This document shows, piece after piece, positions 1 to 12,778 of a stretch of 64,000 nucleotides of DNA. The stretch is from the human T2T-CHM13v2.0 reference genome, Homo sapiens: assembly GCF_009914755.1 (NCBI RefSeq), contig NC_060929.1; one strand, 5' to 3'. Every line of letters starts with the position of its first letter. The stretch's first letter is position 1. Below the pieces are notes generated by a model. It did not search any database. It saw only the letters and a list, made by a program, of their open reading frames with translations, and had not been told where the DNA came from. Position numbers and translations under genes: made by a program.

Positions 1-109
1 TTGATGCATTTAGATAAGCAAACAGAAGTGTGATCAAATCTGTTTTAAAAGTGGTAGTGTAGTAGTGTATGGGAGTGAAGAGAAAGAGACCCCACACTCA
101 CAAGAAGGA

Positions 110-285
110 AAACAAACTACCATTTACTGACCTACTGTATGCCAGCTTAATCCACGTACATTGAATAAATTTGTTGACTGAAAAAGTAATTATAACACAG
201 AGATGATATCTGGCCAGCGGAGATAACTAATAGATCCAGGTTTAGAACTCATGACTCTAAACCCAAGCCCAGTAAATCTTTCATT
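110..285. mobile_element. MIR-like SINE remnant
   Basis: Degenerate MIR-like phrases (catttactgacctactgtatgccag; gatccaggtttagaactcatgactctaaacccaagcc). Confidence 0.4.
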
Positions 286-2504
286 AGATATCAGTTCACA
301 TGATTAAAAAAAAACTCATAAAGTCTTGTCTTGTTGCCTAACTATATGCCTGTTTCCCCTGTTTAAAACAGTGTGGACATTCTATTTTATATGTAAACAT
401 TTATAATATAATTATTCTGGGATCAGATCTAATTGGAACTCATCTAACTGGATTTTGGTCACATCCAGTAAACCCACCAATCAAATGTAACACTATTGTT
501 CTTAATTTTCCACTAGGATAATTAAGGAGGCTCTGCTTTTTCAGAGATGGGGCTTTATTTATACAGAGGAAGAAAAAAAATCACAGCCATAACAAAAAAT
601 GATTTTGAAGTTTTCTGCAATTTTCAAAAATTGAAGGAAATGTTAATTGGAGAAGCTGTTTTGTAATGCCAATTACATCAACACCGTGTGTTTATTCTTA
701 GTGTATAATATTCACCAGACTTCCTAAGTCCCATGGAAAAGTTCTGAAGCAGGAAGAAAAGGTCCAATCTTAATTAGAAGCGGGTTGATCAGAGGAATTT
801 CTTTAAGGGGGATTAACTATCCATACAGAAACAAAGGGCCAGATTCTTACTCCTTCTTAGTTTCAAAAGGAGCTCCAAGCAAATAAGACAAGTGGAATAA
901 AGAGAAGGGAAATGGCATCTGGCTCCATTTCTCATCCTTCTGAAGGTTCGGAAAGGATGTGTGACTGCCTCAGGCAAGATAATTAGAGTGCCTGAGTTAC
1001 AAACATGAGGAAATAACATTGGATATTATACTTTCAGTATATCTAAGAAGCTTAAATTGAAATGTTTCTTTGGGGGCAAAAAAAACCCCTTAAAAACAGC
1101 AAACATTTTTAATGTGTTTTCCATCATTGAAAAAATATTTTTTCCTTGTTTTGTTCTGGAATTCATTGAAAATGTTTGATGCTACAGTATATTATATTGT
1201 CCTGCTATGTGTTAGCCTATGCCAATGGAAGTATACAAATTTTAAAATAGAAGGGTATTAATTTTAATCATTTTATGTTTGAGATTTTTAGATAGGTGTT
1301 TTATACTATTATAAAATTCATTGCTATGTCAATATTGCATGTTTAAAATATGTTTTCAGTTGAAAAATGTAAATAATTTTATAACAGGAAGGCTACATAG
1401 TAAGTAAGCAAAACCAATAGTTTTGGAAGGACTGATTTCATGTGCTATCATGTTGAATTCATTTATCAGGATGTCCTTTCTGCAGAAGAAATAATACATA
1501 ATGACTTTTGAATTAAAACATGGATAACTTTGAATACTACTGTGATTATTTATATTTCTATTACATAAAGAAAAATCTAACATTTCAAATAAATTAGCAA
1601 TTTAGGGCAAAGGGAAAATGTTCTATTAGTTTTTCACATTTTCGCAAGATCTCAGATCTTTCTTTGAAGAAAGATGACACAAATTTTAGATTTCTTACAG
1701 GTGTTAGGAAATATGTGTTTCAAATTAGCTTTCACTGAAGAATTTTTCACCTTGAAAAAATTCCTATATTGAATGTCATAAATAATAATTATAAATACCC
1801 ATACTACATACTATTTTCAGGTCACTGTGTGAATTCAGAATAGTACATTTACTTTTGTAAGAACATTGGCTTCAGATTAAACCCTTGCTAAATTTACTCC
1901 CTGCTGAAAGAAAAAAAAGCATCATCTTAAAATTATAAAAGATTATATACTTTAAAAACAGAATATAATTTTCCAGTTTAATTTGACAGATGGCTTTCAT
2001 TCTTAAAAAAAAAATACAAGTGGTAACTGCCTTTGTTAATAACTGCCTTTGTGAATAAAAGGTAACACTACAAGTAGGTATTGCATAAATATTAAAAATT
2101 CTCCGTCTTATTCTCCACTACTCCCCATGGTCTTATTTTATTTTACATCCTTCCAGATCTACCAATAGAATCATGCTACATGCAATACTTAGAAACTTTC
2201 TATCTATGGTCACCTAACAAATATTGTAAACTTTTCATAGCTACGACATTTATTGTATTGGCTACAAAGTATAAAATGGTATAGAGATATTATGATTTAT
2301 TCAACTAGTTCTATTTCCAGGACTATTTCCTTCTTTTGCAGAAGCACTGCAAATTACCTATATGAATATTTGTCTTAGGCTATTTGTATGGTAAATTCTT
2401 AGAAATAAAATTCCTTGGCCAGTTTGGGGACATTCCAAATTTTTTATATTCCGTTTTGCCCCTCAAAAAGTTGTCCTATTTCATCAACAATATATAAAAA
2501 GGAC

Positions 2505-2831
<327 letters not shown>

Positions 2832-3629
2832 TCACACCCTGTCAAAGGCTATTTCACTACCTATCTTATGTTTTGCCAGACCACTAATAAAAGGCATTTT
2901 ACTGTGGGCTCGCTTTAAATGTCCTAAGAATATGTTTGAATATCATTTCATAAGTTGGTGGCCTTTACTTTTCTCATTCTGTGAAGAACTTCTCATGAAC
3001 AACGTCTATGCCAATATTCCTCTTGGGTCCTTGGCACCTGCTAGGCTAAAACAGCAACAGCAGCAGCAACAACAAAAAGCCCCTTGATTATTATCTATGT
3101 AACAAAATATTTTTGCCAGTTTGCTGTTTGTCCTTTCTAATTTATTTCTAGTAGGTTTCTCTAAGTTTATGAATAATAAAATTTTAATTCTTATGGGATA
3201 AAATGCACCTATGAGTATAGCTTCTAGGTTTCTGTGATACTTATGGAAAAGTATGTACTATGCTTCAAGAAGACCTCTTTTTGAAAAAAATTGTTCTATA
3301 GTTCATAGTGTTTGTGAACATTAAGAAAGGTAATATCAATAGTATGGAATACTGGAAAATTAACATTGACAAATTTTCAAAGTTAGCTGAGCTTTCAGGA
3401 TTCAGCTTTCTTCAATTAGCCCAGTAATATTCTCAAAAAGGGAGTGTCATAGATTAAAATTCCTGTAAGATTTCTAGTGAGTTTCCTATTGTTTAATTTG
3501 CCTTCATATTGCCTTAATAATTTCCTGTAGGAAAAGCCAGTGATTATATTCCTACATGTTAAAAAACTATCGTAAGTTTTATTAACATATATAGTTTCTG
3601 CCTTTTTCTTTTCCTTTTCATGAGATCAG

Positions 3630-4350
3630 TCAATTTAATAAATCTTTATTGAGTGCTTACCATGTGGCAGGTACTGTGATAAACAATGAACAAAGATGTA
3701 ATACTTAGCAAAAGACAGAATATCTGCTTTCCTGGACCCTGAAGCTATTGGTCCTTATGCATTAATATGGAAGTTTTTTAGTTTATTTTAAAATACAATC
3801 TTTTCTTTGACATTTCTCCCTTGGAAAACTTGTCCATATTTTCAAGTAGATAACTGAATTATTACTTCAAAAGTCAGGTCAAATTAATAACATTGATAAC
3901 CTTTTACCACTTATTGGTATATTCAGGTACCCATACTTTACAAACATACATTATCATAATTAATATTGCCCATAACCTAATGAAGTTGGAACTAGATTCC
4001 TATTTTATAGATGTTAAACTTAGAAGGACTAAATTTGTTACCCAAGGATATAAAACTAAGCCAAGACGAGATGAATTAAGTCTAAGCCAATACAATTAAA
4101 TCCTGCATGTTGTCAACAATAGTCAACAATTCTTTTGGAATTGTATAATCTTAGTGCAGATTTTCAAAAATTGGTTTGGAATTAATTTACATCTCAACTT
4201 TGTTTAGGTGAGCATCCTTGGGCAAATTACTTAATCCTTCTATGCTGAACTTCTTAAGATAGGAATAAGAGTTTCAACTTCACAGGCTAGTTGGCAAGAT
4301 CATACCATGCTATAAATTTACCTGACCTTGTATATGATGAATAATCTAAA
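3630..4350. mobile_element. Cluster of L2/MIR remnants
   Basis: tttattgagtgcttaccatgtggcaggtactgtg; cctattttatagatgttaaact; ccttgggcaaattacttaatccttct. Confidence 0.55.
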
Positions 4351-4523
4351 GACTCAACAAAAGTTTTGCCTATTTTAAGTTTTTGTGATAGTTGGTAAAA
4401 CAAAGCAGTGTCTAAGTATATGTGAATATTTCTGGGAAGGGTTGCGTATTACTTCTAAAATGCAAGTGTTTGTTTTGTTGTATGACAGTTTATATGAGAG
4501 TTTGAAAGGTTGTTTCATAATAC

Positions 4524-4558
4524 ATTTCCAATATCAATAATGGATTGATATTGGAAAT
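4524..4558. repeat. Perfect inverted repeat, 15-bp arms with 5-nt loop
   Basis: atttccaatatcaat-aatgg-attgatattggaaat. Confidence 0.95.
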
Positions 4559-7500
4559 TTTTACCAGTTTTGATGAAGTTCTCTGTATTGGATGGTTATG
4601 ATAGTGGTTTACTTTCCTTTGGGAAAACACGAGAACAAAATATTCTCTTTCCATTTTAAGTAAACCTTTTTTTCCAGTTACATAATTTTAAAGCTTGACA
4701 ATTTCAAATATGTACTTTTCAATGCTTCGCTTACTCTTTGGTCAATTTCTTCGCTTTCCAAAACTCAGTTCTTTTCTGTAAAATAAGTATAACACTATAT
4801 GACCTGCCATAAAACTTAATATCTATTTAAATATTTGCAAAACAATGCATTATTCTTGCATTCTCAATAAATGGATGTGCCTATTTCTTAACAAGGAAAA
4901 GTTATATACACTGAATGTAAAAATGAAAAAATGATGGCACAAAAATGTGATCATCATTAACTGTCTCTCCCAGCTAAAGGATTAATGAACTAGGTTTCAT
5001 TGTTTAAAATCTTTGAACTTGTACAGCAAAATTTTCTAAAACAGTACTTTTCAAACTTTTCCTCTGAAAATAAGTAGTTCAGCAAGAGGAATACCAATGG
5101 ATATTCCTAACAGTAGAATGAACACATTGAAATTATCAAGTTACACACTTTCCTTCTGATCACTTTGCACTGATATTTCTCTCTGCATTGGGGATGGAAA
5201 TTAAAGTCTTTAATTCAGCAACTATCTACTCAGATAAAAAGTGAAGTTAAAAATGAAGTAAGTCAAGTTACAAGCAAATAAATGTTTGACTGGATAAATA
5301 TTGCTCAATTGGCATGTTAAAGTTATACAATTCTAGTTCAGAGTATACAGTGCTCAACTCCAATAGAAACATTACTGCATCTGGAAAACTATGAATATAT
5401 TTAAATCTTATGCATATCCACAATATTTCTGTCTTTGGGACCTCTGGTCACATACTGAACTGTGTTATTAAAATTTACATCCTATGAAATCTGTTCTTAT
5501 CTCTGGGTTCCAAAGGAGTCCTAACATTTCAGGCCTTTGTTAGCCTGAATTACTTCTTGTTTCCTTGAGATCTCCAGGTCTGTTTTCTGGAAATCTTACC
5601 CTACACCTTGATCTAAGGCACTCAGTCATATTAGTTTCCGAAATTGCCAATTATCCAATTTTGAGGCCTGGTTCTCCGATTAGTGAGAGATAGTAATGCT
5701 CTTCAACTCTCCTTCACAGGAGAATTGGTTAGTTTTCCTTGACCAATATCATTTACTAGAGTTGACCATTATGAATTAGGTCTAACCAAGCACCAGAGCC
5801 TGACCCTCAGCCCTTCCTACTTCAAAACCTAGCCTATGGTAGCTGTTTAGAATGTCGGTTATTTTCACCTCTGGGATACTTGTATCTATTACTTTGGAAG
5901 GGTTTAATCTCTTGTTATCAGTCTTGATCACTTATCATTTAGATATTCTATGAAAAAGAAAAAATTTTCTAAGACTGCATAATTGTCAATATTTTATAGT
6001 ACTACTTTATGAATAAACTATAGCTGTTTTGACTTCTGTAATTGCTCTAGATTTGCTCTTCAGCCATTACTTCCTTGAAAATAAAGACCCAGAGGATTTA
6101 TGTTCCCAGTTGAGGCTGTTGCAGACACTTCCTGTTCACAGAATCTCAGGATAAATCATCCTCTTTGGGGTAGATTTTCATTGTTTGTATCACTTAGTTT
6201 CCTTTCTTCTCCTTAAGATGGTGCTTAAGTGTATAGGTATTATGATTTGTGCTGTCCCCTGAATCATTACGAGTTTCTGTGGCAGTTTTCTCTCTGCCTT
6301 ATCACTGAACGTGCAAATGACACCTGCCACTGCTGTGTGGTGTGGTAAGCTCAAGACTCATTCACTTGTCTTGGCTGGCTTCCAGTAATTCTTCCTGCAC
6401 ACCTGGCCCTCTCTTTGATCTTTCTTTTACTACAGACACTCCTAAGCCTTATCAGTACCTTCCATGGACAACTCAAGTAGAATTCTCTCATCAATCATCC
6501 CTCACCCTGGCAGCCTCAAGGCAGAACCACTGGCCTAGTCGATAGCTGTTTTTCACATCCCCACTGAGAGGACATCAGAACTTTTGAGAATTAGTAGAAA
6601 GCTCCTCCCTCAGCCACTTGCAGCCCACTCTTCTGCTAGTACACGCTGTATACAGACTTTTAAAAATGGATTTAAATTTTCCATTCTGTTTTTAGGACAG
6701 TGAAAAATGAGACTGACTGCTCTGAGATTCTCTTAAATTTATTGGACTTTTCCAACCATTACCCATGCCCACACTGGGTAATAAAAGTACATCTGACTAT
6801 TTGCTCCCTATATCACTCTCTCTGAATATTGTCTTCCCTTTTGTCCTTAGAAATACTTCCATCTGTCTCCTGTGTAGGCGAGAGTTTTCTATTCAATGTA
6901 CTGACTTTTCCTTGCCTGTGGCTTGAGTTAAATCCAGTGTTTTCAAAGTAGTATCCTAATTACATCAATCTTTTCTGCTAATATAAATAATTCACAGAAA
7001 TTTTAAAATATAAAAAATAAAAAAATCTGAAATCTCCCCAAGGCATAATTACAATCAATATTGTATTTCATGTAGTTCTCAATCTTTCTCTATGAAAATA
7101 TTCTCATTTGACTGTATTCTATACAAACACCTTTATACAGATCAGGTCATAGTACCCATGTTTTTGCAAATTATTCCTTGCAACCCACAATCAGTCTTAG
7201 AGATCTTGTGGTTAATATAAGTGATATTCCTTTTAAAATGTGTACTATATTCCATTGCGTGAAAAGGCCATAAATCATTTTACTAAGCATGTCTTAGTGT
7301 TATAAATATGTATTTTATATAAAAGTATAAGTTGTATATTAGAATCTGTCTACTTTTAACCAATTTTCCTTTCCTTAGTCTCTTAACTTGACCGTATTGA
7401 ATTATTTGAAACTATTTCACACTCTACAAAAAATATTATATTACAAATAAAGAAAATAAAAACTATGGAACCACTAAACATTTCCTAGCCTGGAGTTTAC

Positions 7501-7729
7501 CTTAAGAGTCTAGGATTATGGAAATAAGTAGAATATAATTGTAGATTGATATTCTGAATGTCTCTTATCCATTTTTTCATATCCAGGACATTGAAAACTT
7601 TAAAGGACGTTCATTCTTTAAGATCTAAGAGGGTATCTAGTAAAAACAACTTCTCAAATAAAGACATCTATGTCCTGATATTCCTCCTAAAACAAATAAA
7701 AACAAACAAGTGCAAGAAATTGTAGAATA

Positions 7730-7920
7730 TATAGTGATTAACAGCAGAGTCTCTGGAGGCAAACTGCCGGAATTCAAATTCTTAATGCATCCTTTACTAG
7801 CTGTGTGATATGGGCCAATTTCCTTAATCTCTTTGAGATTGATTATGTCATTACATCAGAGGGTAAAGGTTCAGAACAGTGCCTGGCACTAAGTAACCAT
7901 TCAACATATGCTAGTTATTG
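7730..7920. mobile_element. MIR
   Basis: agagtctctggaggcaaactgcc...tactagctgtgtgatatgggccaatttccttaatctct...agaacagtgcctggcactaagtaa. Confidence 0.75.
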
Positions 7921-9149
7921 TTTCTGATGAACCTAGAAAGCAGGTACGACTAATCAAGGAGAGGATACAAGTGCAGTGAAAAATGAGGTTGGTGGTAATA
8001 TAAATTCAAAGGCAGATGCAGATCATTAACATCTTGCAAAGCCCTTCAACATATATTCCATAATCTGAGGGTCCAATGAACCCTCACTTCAAATGGTAGT
8101 TGAGGGAAGCCTTCCTGACTCGTATTTGGCATATGAGAGAAGAAGATGAGATGAAGATGAGATAAAGATGACTGAGGCAGTGCGCAGGTTGACTGTGTGT
8201 CAAAGAGTCTGAGGAAAGCACAGCAAGCAGCTCTATAGTTTCTGGTTTTGACCACAGGAAGAGAAGTTACTGCCAAATCACCACACCAAACTTGGTCATC
8301 TTCCCTGGGGCCCAGTGTTTTCCTGCCAGCCTGGAACGGACTGAGCCACAGTCCGTTGGGTAAATGTTCAGTAGAAAAGTGATAGCTCAAGTTTCCATCT
8401 GTAGTTTCCTATCTGCTGACCCAGCTCATTCCCCTGCCTAACTTGTTTCTCACACCATCTTTTAAGAAACAACTGGCAAGAAAAAAGGCCTCCTTGTATT
8501 AACCAGAAAGAAATTAGCATGGGGTCTATACAAAGATAAGAAAGGAAAAACACAGTGCTAGACTCCTTAAACCGACGGATGTTGTGTGGATCAAAGGAAA
8601 CTTTTTTTACTTTAAGACCTAATGTATTAAAGAAATGAAGTTATTCAACAGTTAATATTACTTCAAACAAAATCAACTTTCTTCTAAATACTTATTCCTT
8701 GCATGAGTGATACATCAATGTCTTTTATTAATATCTGAAGTAATTCAACCACATATTTTGAAAATAAAGGCTACCCCAGTTAACAAGGTAAAGTAATAGC
8801 TGAAAGGCGATTCAGATATACGTTTGAAAGAAAGGGAGTTACAGTATTAGGTCAGGAGAACAAAAGAGGCTATGCCTTTAAATAAATAAAACATGAAGGC
8901 TATCCTTTTGTGATTGAGTTTTCTGCATTTAGAATGTAGAGCATGGCATACAATTATTTTAATTATGAAAAAACTTATATTTCTCATTATTTGCCCTTTG
9001 CCAATAAAACAAAATGCATACATCAATGCTTATGTATGGATGAGCTCATGTTGTTATTCATTAGCCTATACTTATAAATGATGCCTAAAGAAAGTAGGTA
9101 TGATGAAAAGAAAAAATAGCTATAAAAATTTGTATTATATAAAAGAAAA

Positions 9150-10740
9150 TTGTTTTTAAAAGACAGAAAATTTCAGCACATTAAATGTTGATGTCTGAGA
9201 ACAGGACTAGAACCAATTAAAAAAACTTATTTCAAATATGATGTAAGAAACCTCCCTAAAATAAAGGTATATTTAAATATGCAGACTAAATGATGTTGAG
9301 TGCCTCAGGAAAAAGCAATTAAAAAATAACTTTGGGACAAAAAAACAAAAAATACTTACGGGAAAAATAATTAAGCTGAAGTTAAAGTTTTCCACATTCA
9401 ATATTCCATATGTTTGTTATACTGGTCCCTCTAGTTTTGAGAAAAATTTAAAAATTTTACAATAAGGAGTTGAAAATATATGGATATTATAGATCAAAGT
9501 ATATTTTCAGTGTGAAAACACATTTTAAATTTTAAGCCAAGTTCTCATTTATTATAGACAACAGTCTTACATTTTAAAAATATACTAGAACAACCCCATA
9601 ATATAGCATTCAATACTATTAAAAATCCTCATGAGAATAAATTGTGGCCTGCCTAAAGTTAAATAAACACAGTATGAGCATTGATAATAAGCACTGAGTC
9701 CATTTAAATATAGAACTAATGCTAAGAAATAATGAATATTATATTTAAAGAAGAAAACAAAAACCTTCATAAACATTGACATCATAGAAAATATAAAACA
9801 ACTGACAAAAATCAGGAAGTAAGGAGAAACAATATGAGTGTTGTATTCCAATTTACTCAATATTCTAGTGAAGCAGATTGGTTTATGTTCTACAGATAAG
9901 CTGCAGAAGAACCACAGAATAGAAAACAATACACCAAAACCCAACAAGAACACAAGCCATCTATCAAAATGTATTTTAGCATTAGACAGCATTTCCTCAA
10001 ATATGATGCAAAACTAATAGCAAGCATATCTATCATATAAATAAACAAACAAAGAGACAATAAGTGTACTCTTTAATGCAGAAAGAGAAAGTTACTAGAT
10101 TGGAAGCTTCGATCACACAGCAACCCTGCTATTTTCTATAAACAAGAAATTCATCTGGAACAAAATGTTTAAGGACTGTAGAAAGTTAAATGATGAACAA
10201 ATCTAGACAGATGAGTGTAAAAGCAGAAGTTAGAAATATCAGAAATATTTAATTCATGGAAAAATATTAGAAAAATGATAAAGAACCCTTTATAATGAAA
10301 AATAATATAATTTGCTTTGTATTATGTCATGAATATTTGTTTACAAAATGACAAAACATAACTTGTCATAAAGCTATGAAGAGTAGGAGACACATAAGAG
10401 TAGAGATTTTATTTTCCCTTTATCAGGATACGACAAATAATAAAAGGATGTAGTCAATAAATAGAAAATTTAAGAGACTGTATATAATATACCATATGCT
10501 ATGTGTTTCTATATGTTTTACATGTCTTAATACATTTCAACATTAGTTTTTCAAGTGCTCATGAAACACAGATAATAAAATAGGATCATCATAAACCACA
10601 TTTCTTGATCAATAGATAACAAAAGTAGAAGACCCAAATGAAAAGTACTATGTTCAAATTTATTTTTAGAAACTATAGTTCTATTCAAAGTAATATTGTG
10701 GATTTCTTATAAAATATATTTGCAAAACTTGATGTAACAT
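9150..10740 (+). mobile_element. Ancient L1 (L1M/L1ME-type) ORF1/ORF2 remnant
   Basis: A-rich plus strand with L1 endonuclease-region-like phrases (acaagaaattcatctggaacaaaatg; ttttcaagtgctcatgaaacac; accacatttcttgatcaata). Confidence 0.55.
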
Positions 10741-10744
10741 TGAA

Positions 10745-12095
10745 AGGAGAATATAATAACACTTCGTGGAATGTAAGCCATCTTGTGATGAAATAAGTAT
10801 TTTTCATTAAGCAGCAAAACGTGTTCTGTCAGGGGATCATTAGATGTATGCAAGACCCTAAAATTATGTCAGCAGAAACTTCATGTGTTTTGCAGAAGCC
10901 TCTACAGCCTTGAAGAAAGATGGGTTAGCTCATATCGAGAGACTAATTAGCTGTAAGGCTGACTGGCTGGTTTACTCAGAGAGAAAAGTTTATGCAGTTA
11001 AGCAAACTTACTGTAGGGAGTTGACATGAGTTTGCAAAATGCAGTCTCATGTTATGACCATAAATAGGTAAAGTGATTTCAGAGAAGGCAGAAATTCAAT
11101 GTCTTACAAAAGCTGATGAGAACTGGAATTCTGCAGAGTTGTCTTCTAGTTACCTACCTAGGGAACTTTTCCATGACTTATAGTCAATTAGAGGTAAGAG
11201 ACTTACCTCCACAAGACATGTCATGACACAAGTAAGGTGAGAAACAGGTTTTTTTTTCTTGACACGTTATGTTCCTTTTTGGGGAGAAGGTAGCTTTTAG
11301 AGCTTGCGTTATCTTCAGAGTTTTGCAATAAATAATCCACATATTGGATGAGAATACCATTACTGGAGAACGTGAGGTCCTTGAGATCCTGATTAAAAAC
11401 TTATGAAAAATAAGACAGAGCCTCATTCAATATCTGAGGTATGACAGTCTGCATATATTTGATTCTCTCAAGGTAAACAAGTATGAACTGTTCAAATGTA
11501 AATATATGCCAAAGAAAGCAGAACCTCAATCCAAAACTATAAAATAGGTTTCAGGTGGAGTTGAAAAGAGAATAGTATTTAGATTTAGTACCAATGGAGA
11601 GCAGAGTATATCCTATTGACAGCCCTATGACTGTGAATGAATTTCTGATGGCATCTTAAAAGACAGGTTAGAGAGTATTAGAAAACCTACTTCAAAGTAT
11701 AGGTCTCTTTTCTGTTAGTCTTTCCAGAAAGGTCTTATTTCTGTTATTCTGATTTCAAGTGGTGGTGTGCAGCTTTTGGTAAATGTTTAGATGAATCACT
11801 CTGAACGTGATGGGTTTAGCTTCAATAATCCTGCCAGTATGAATAGAATTCTTGACCCATGGGAATCTGGTATCTTGCAGAGATCTAAAGTTTATAAGGT
11901 TGATTTAAACATAAAGTAAACCTGTGTCCAAATTAACTGTAACTGGATTATAAGTAGGAGACTGAGAAAGACTTTCTGGGGCTCTCTTAAGCTGGCAATT
12001 CCATTTATGTATGAAACCTATTATGATTAAGTTGCTTGGCATGGTATCATAGAGGAGGAAAACTGTTGTTGTTTTTTTTTAAGTAAAAGGACAGG
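10745..12095 (-). mobile_element. Decayed class I ERV internal fragment (protease C-terminus, reverse transcriptase, connection domain)
   Basis: Manual minus-strand translation gives ordered pol-like motifs despite stops and frameshifts: FLLYDTMPSNL..KWNC, TGRIIEAKPI, HRAVNRI, YFIVLD*GSAFFGI, TVIPQILNEALSYFS*VFNQDLKDL, LIQYVDYLL, YLCHDMSCGGK, FPR*VTRRQL, RH*ISAFSEITLPIY, SADIILGS, LLLNENT. Confidence 0.85.
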
Positions 12096-12100
12096 AAATG

Positions 12101-12427
12101 CAGTCATCCCTCTGTATGCTGGGGGGATTGGTTCCAGGAACTCCTGCAGATGGCAAAATCTGCAGATTCTCAAGTCCCTGATATGAAATAGTGTAGCATT
12201 TGCATATAATCTATGCACATCCTCTGATATATTTTGACTCATCTCTAGATTACTTGAAATACCTAATACAATCTGAATGCTATGTAAGTCATTTGTTATA
12301 CTTTATTGTTTAGGGAATGACAAGTCTGTACATGTTCACTACAGATGCCATTTTTTTCTGAATATTTTCAATCAGCAATTGGTTGAATCTGTGAATGCAG
12401 AACTTAACAGATACAGAGGGCCAACTG
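12101..12427 (+). mobile_element. MER2 (TcMar-Tigger non-autonomous DNA transposon)
   Basis: Ends cagtcatccctctgtatg... and ...gatacagagggccaactg form terminal inverted repeats; internal sequence follows the MER2 consensus as I recall it. Confidence 0.9.
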
Positions 12428-12474
12428 TATTTAACTAACAATTAACACATGTTTTAGTATTTTAAAAACCAATA

Positions 12475-12778
12475 GTCCTGGCACGGTGGCTCATGCCTGT
12501 AATCCCAGCACTTTGGGAGACTGAGGCAGGTGGATAACTTGAGGTCAGGAGTTCAAGACCATCCTGGCCAACATGGTGAAACTCATCTCTACTAAAAACA
12601 CAAAAATTAGCCAGGTGTGGTGGTGTGTGCCTGTAGTACTCGGGAAGCTGAGGCAAGAGAATCACTTGAACCCAGGAGGCGGAGGTTGTAGTGAGCCAAG
12701 ATCGCACCACTGAACTCCAGCCTGGGCAACAGAGTGAGACTCCACCTCAAGAAAAATAATAATAAATTAAAAAATAAA
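12475..12778 (+). mobile_element. Alu (AluSx-like)
   Basis: Full dimer; TSD taaaaaccaata on both sides. Confidence 0.95.

Noticed and set aside
2023-2053. Short tandem micro-duplications (here taactgcctttgt; similar at ~4113, ~26243, ~33169, ~53850)
   Set aside because: Ordinary slippage events of 9-15 bp with no sign of function.
5400-6700. Possible antisense CR1/L3 or other coding relic
   Set aside because: Manual translation gave only vague hints and no ordered motifs; it needs an HMM search.
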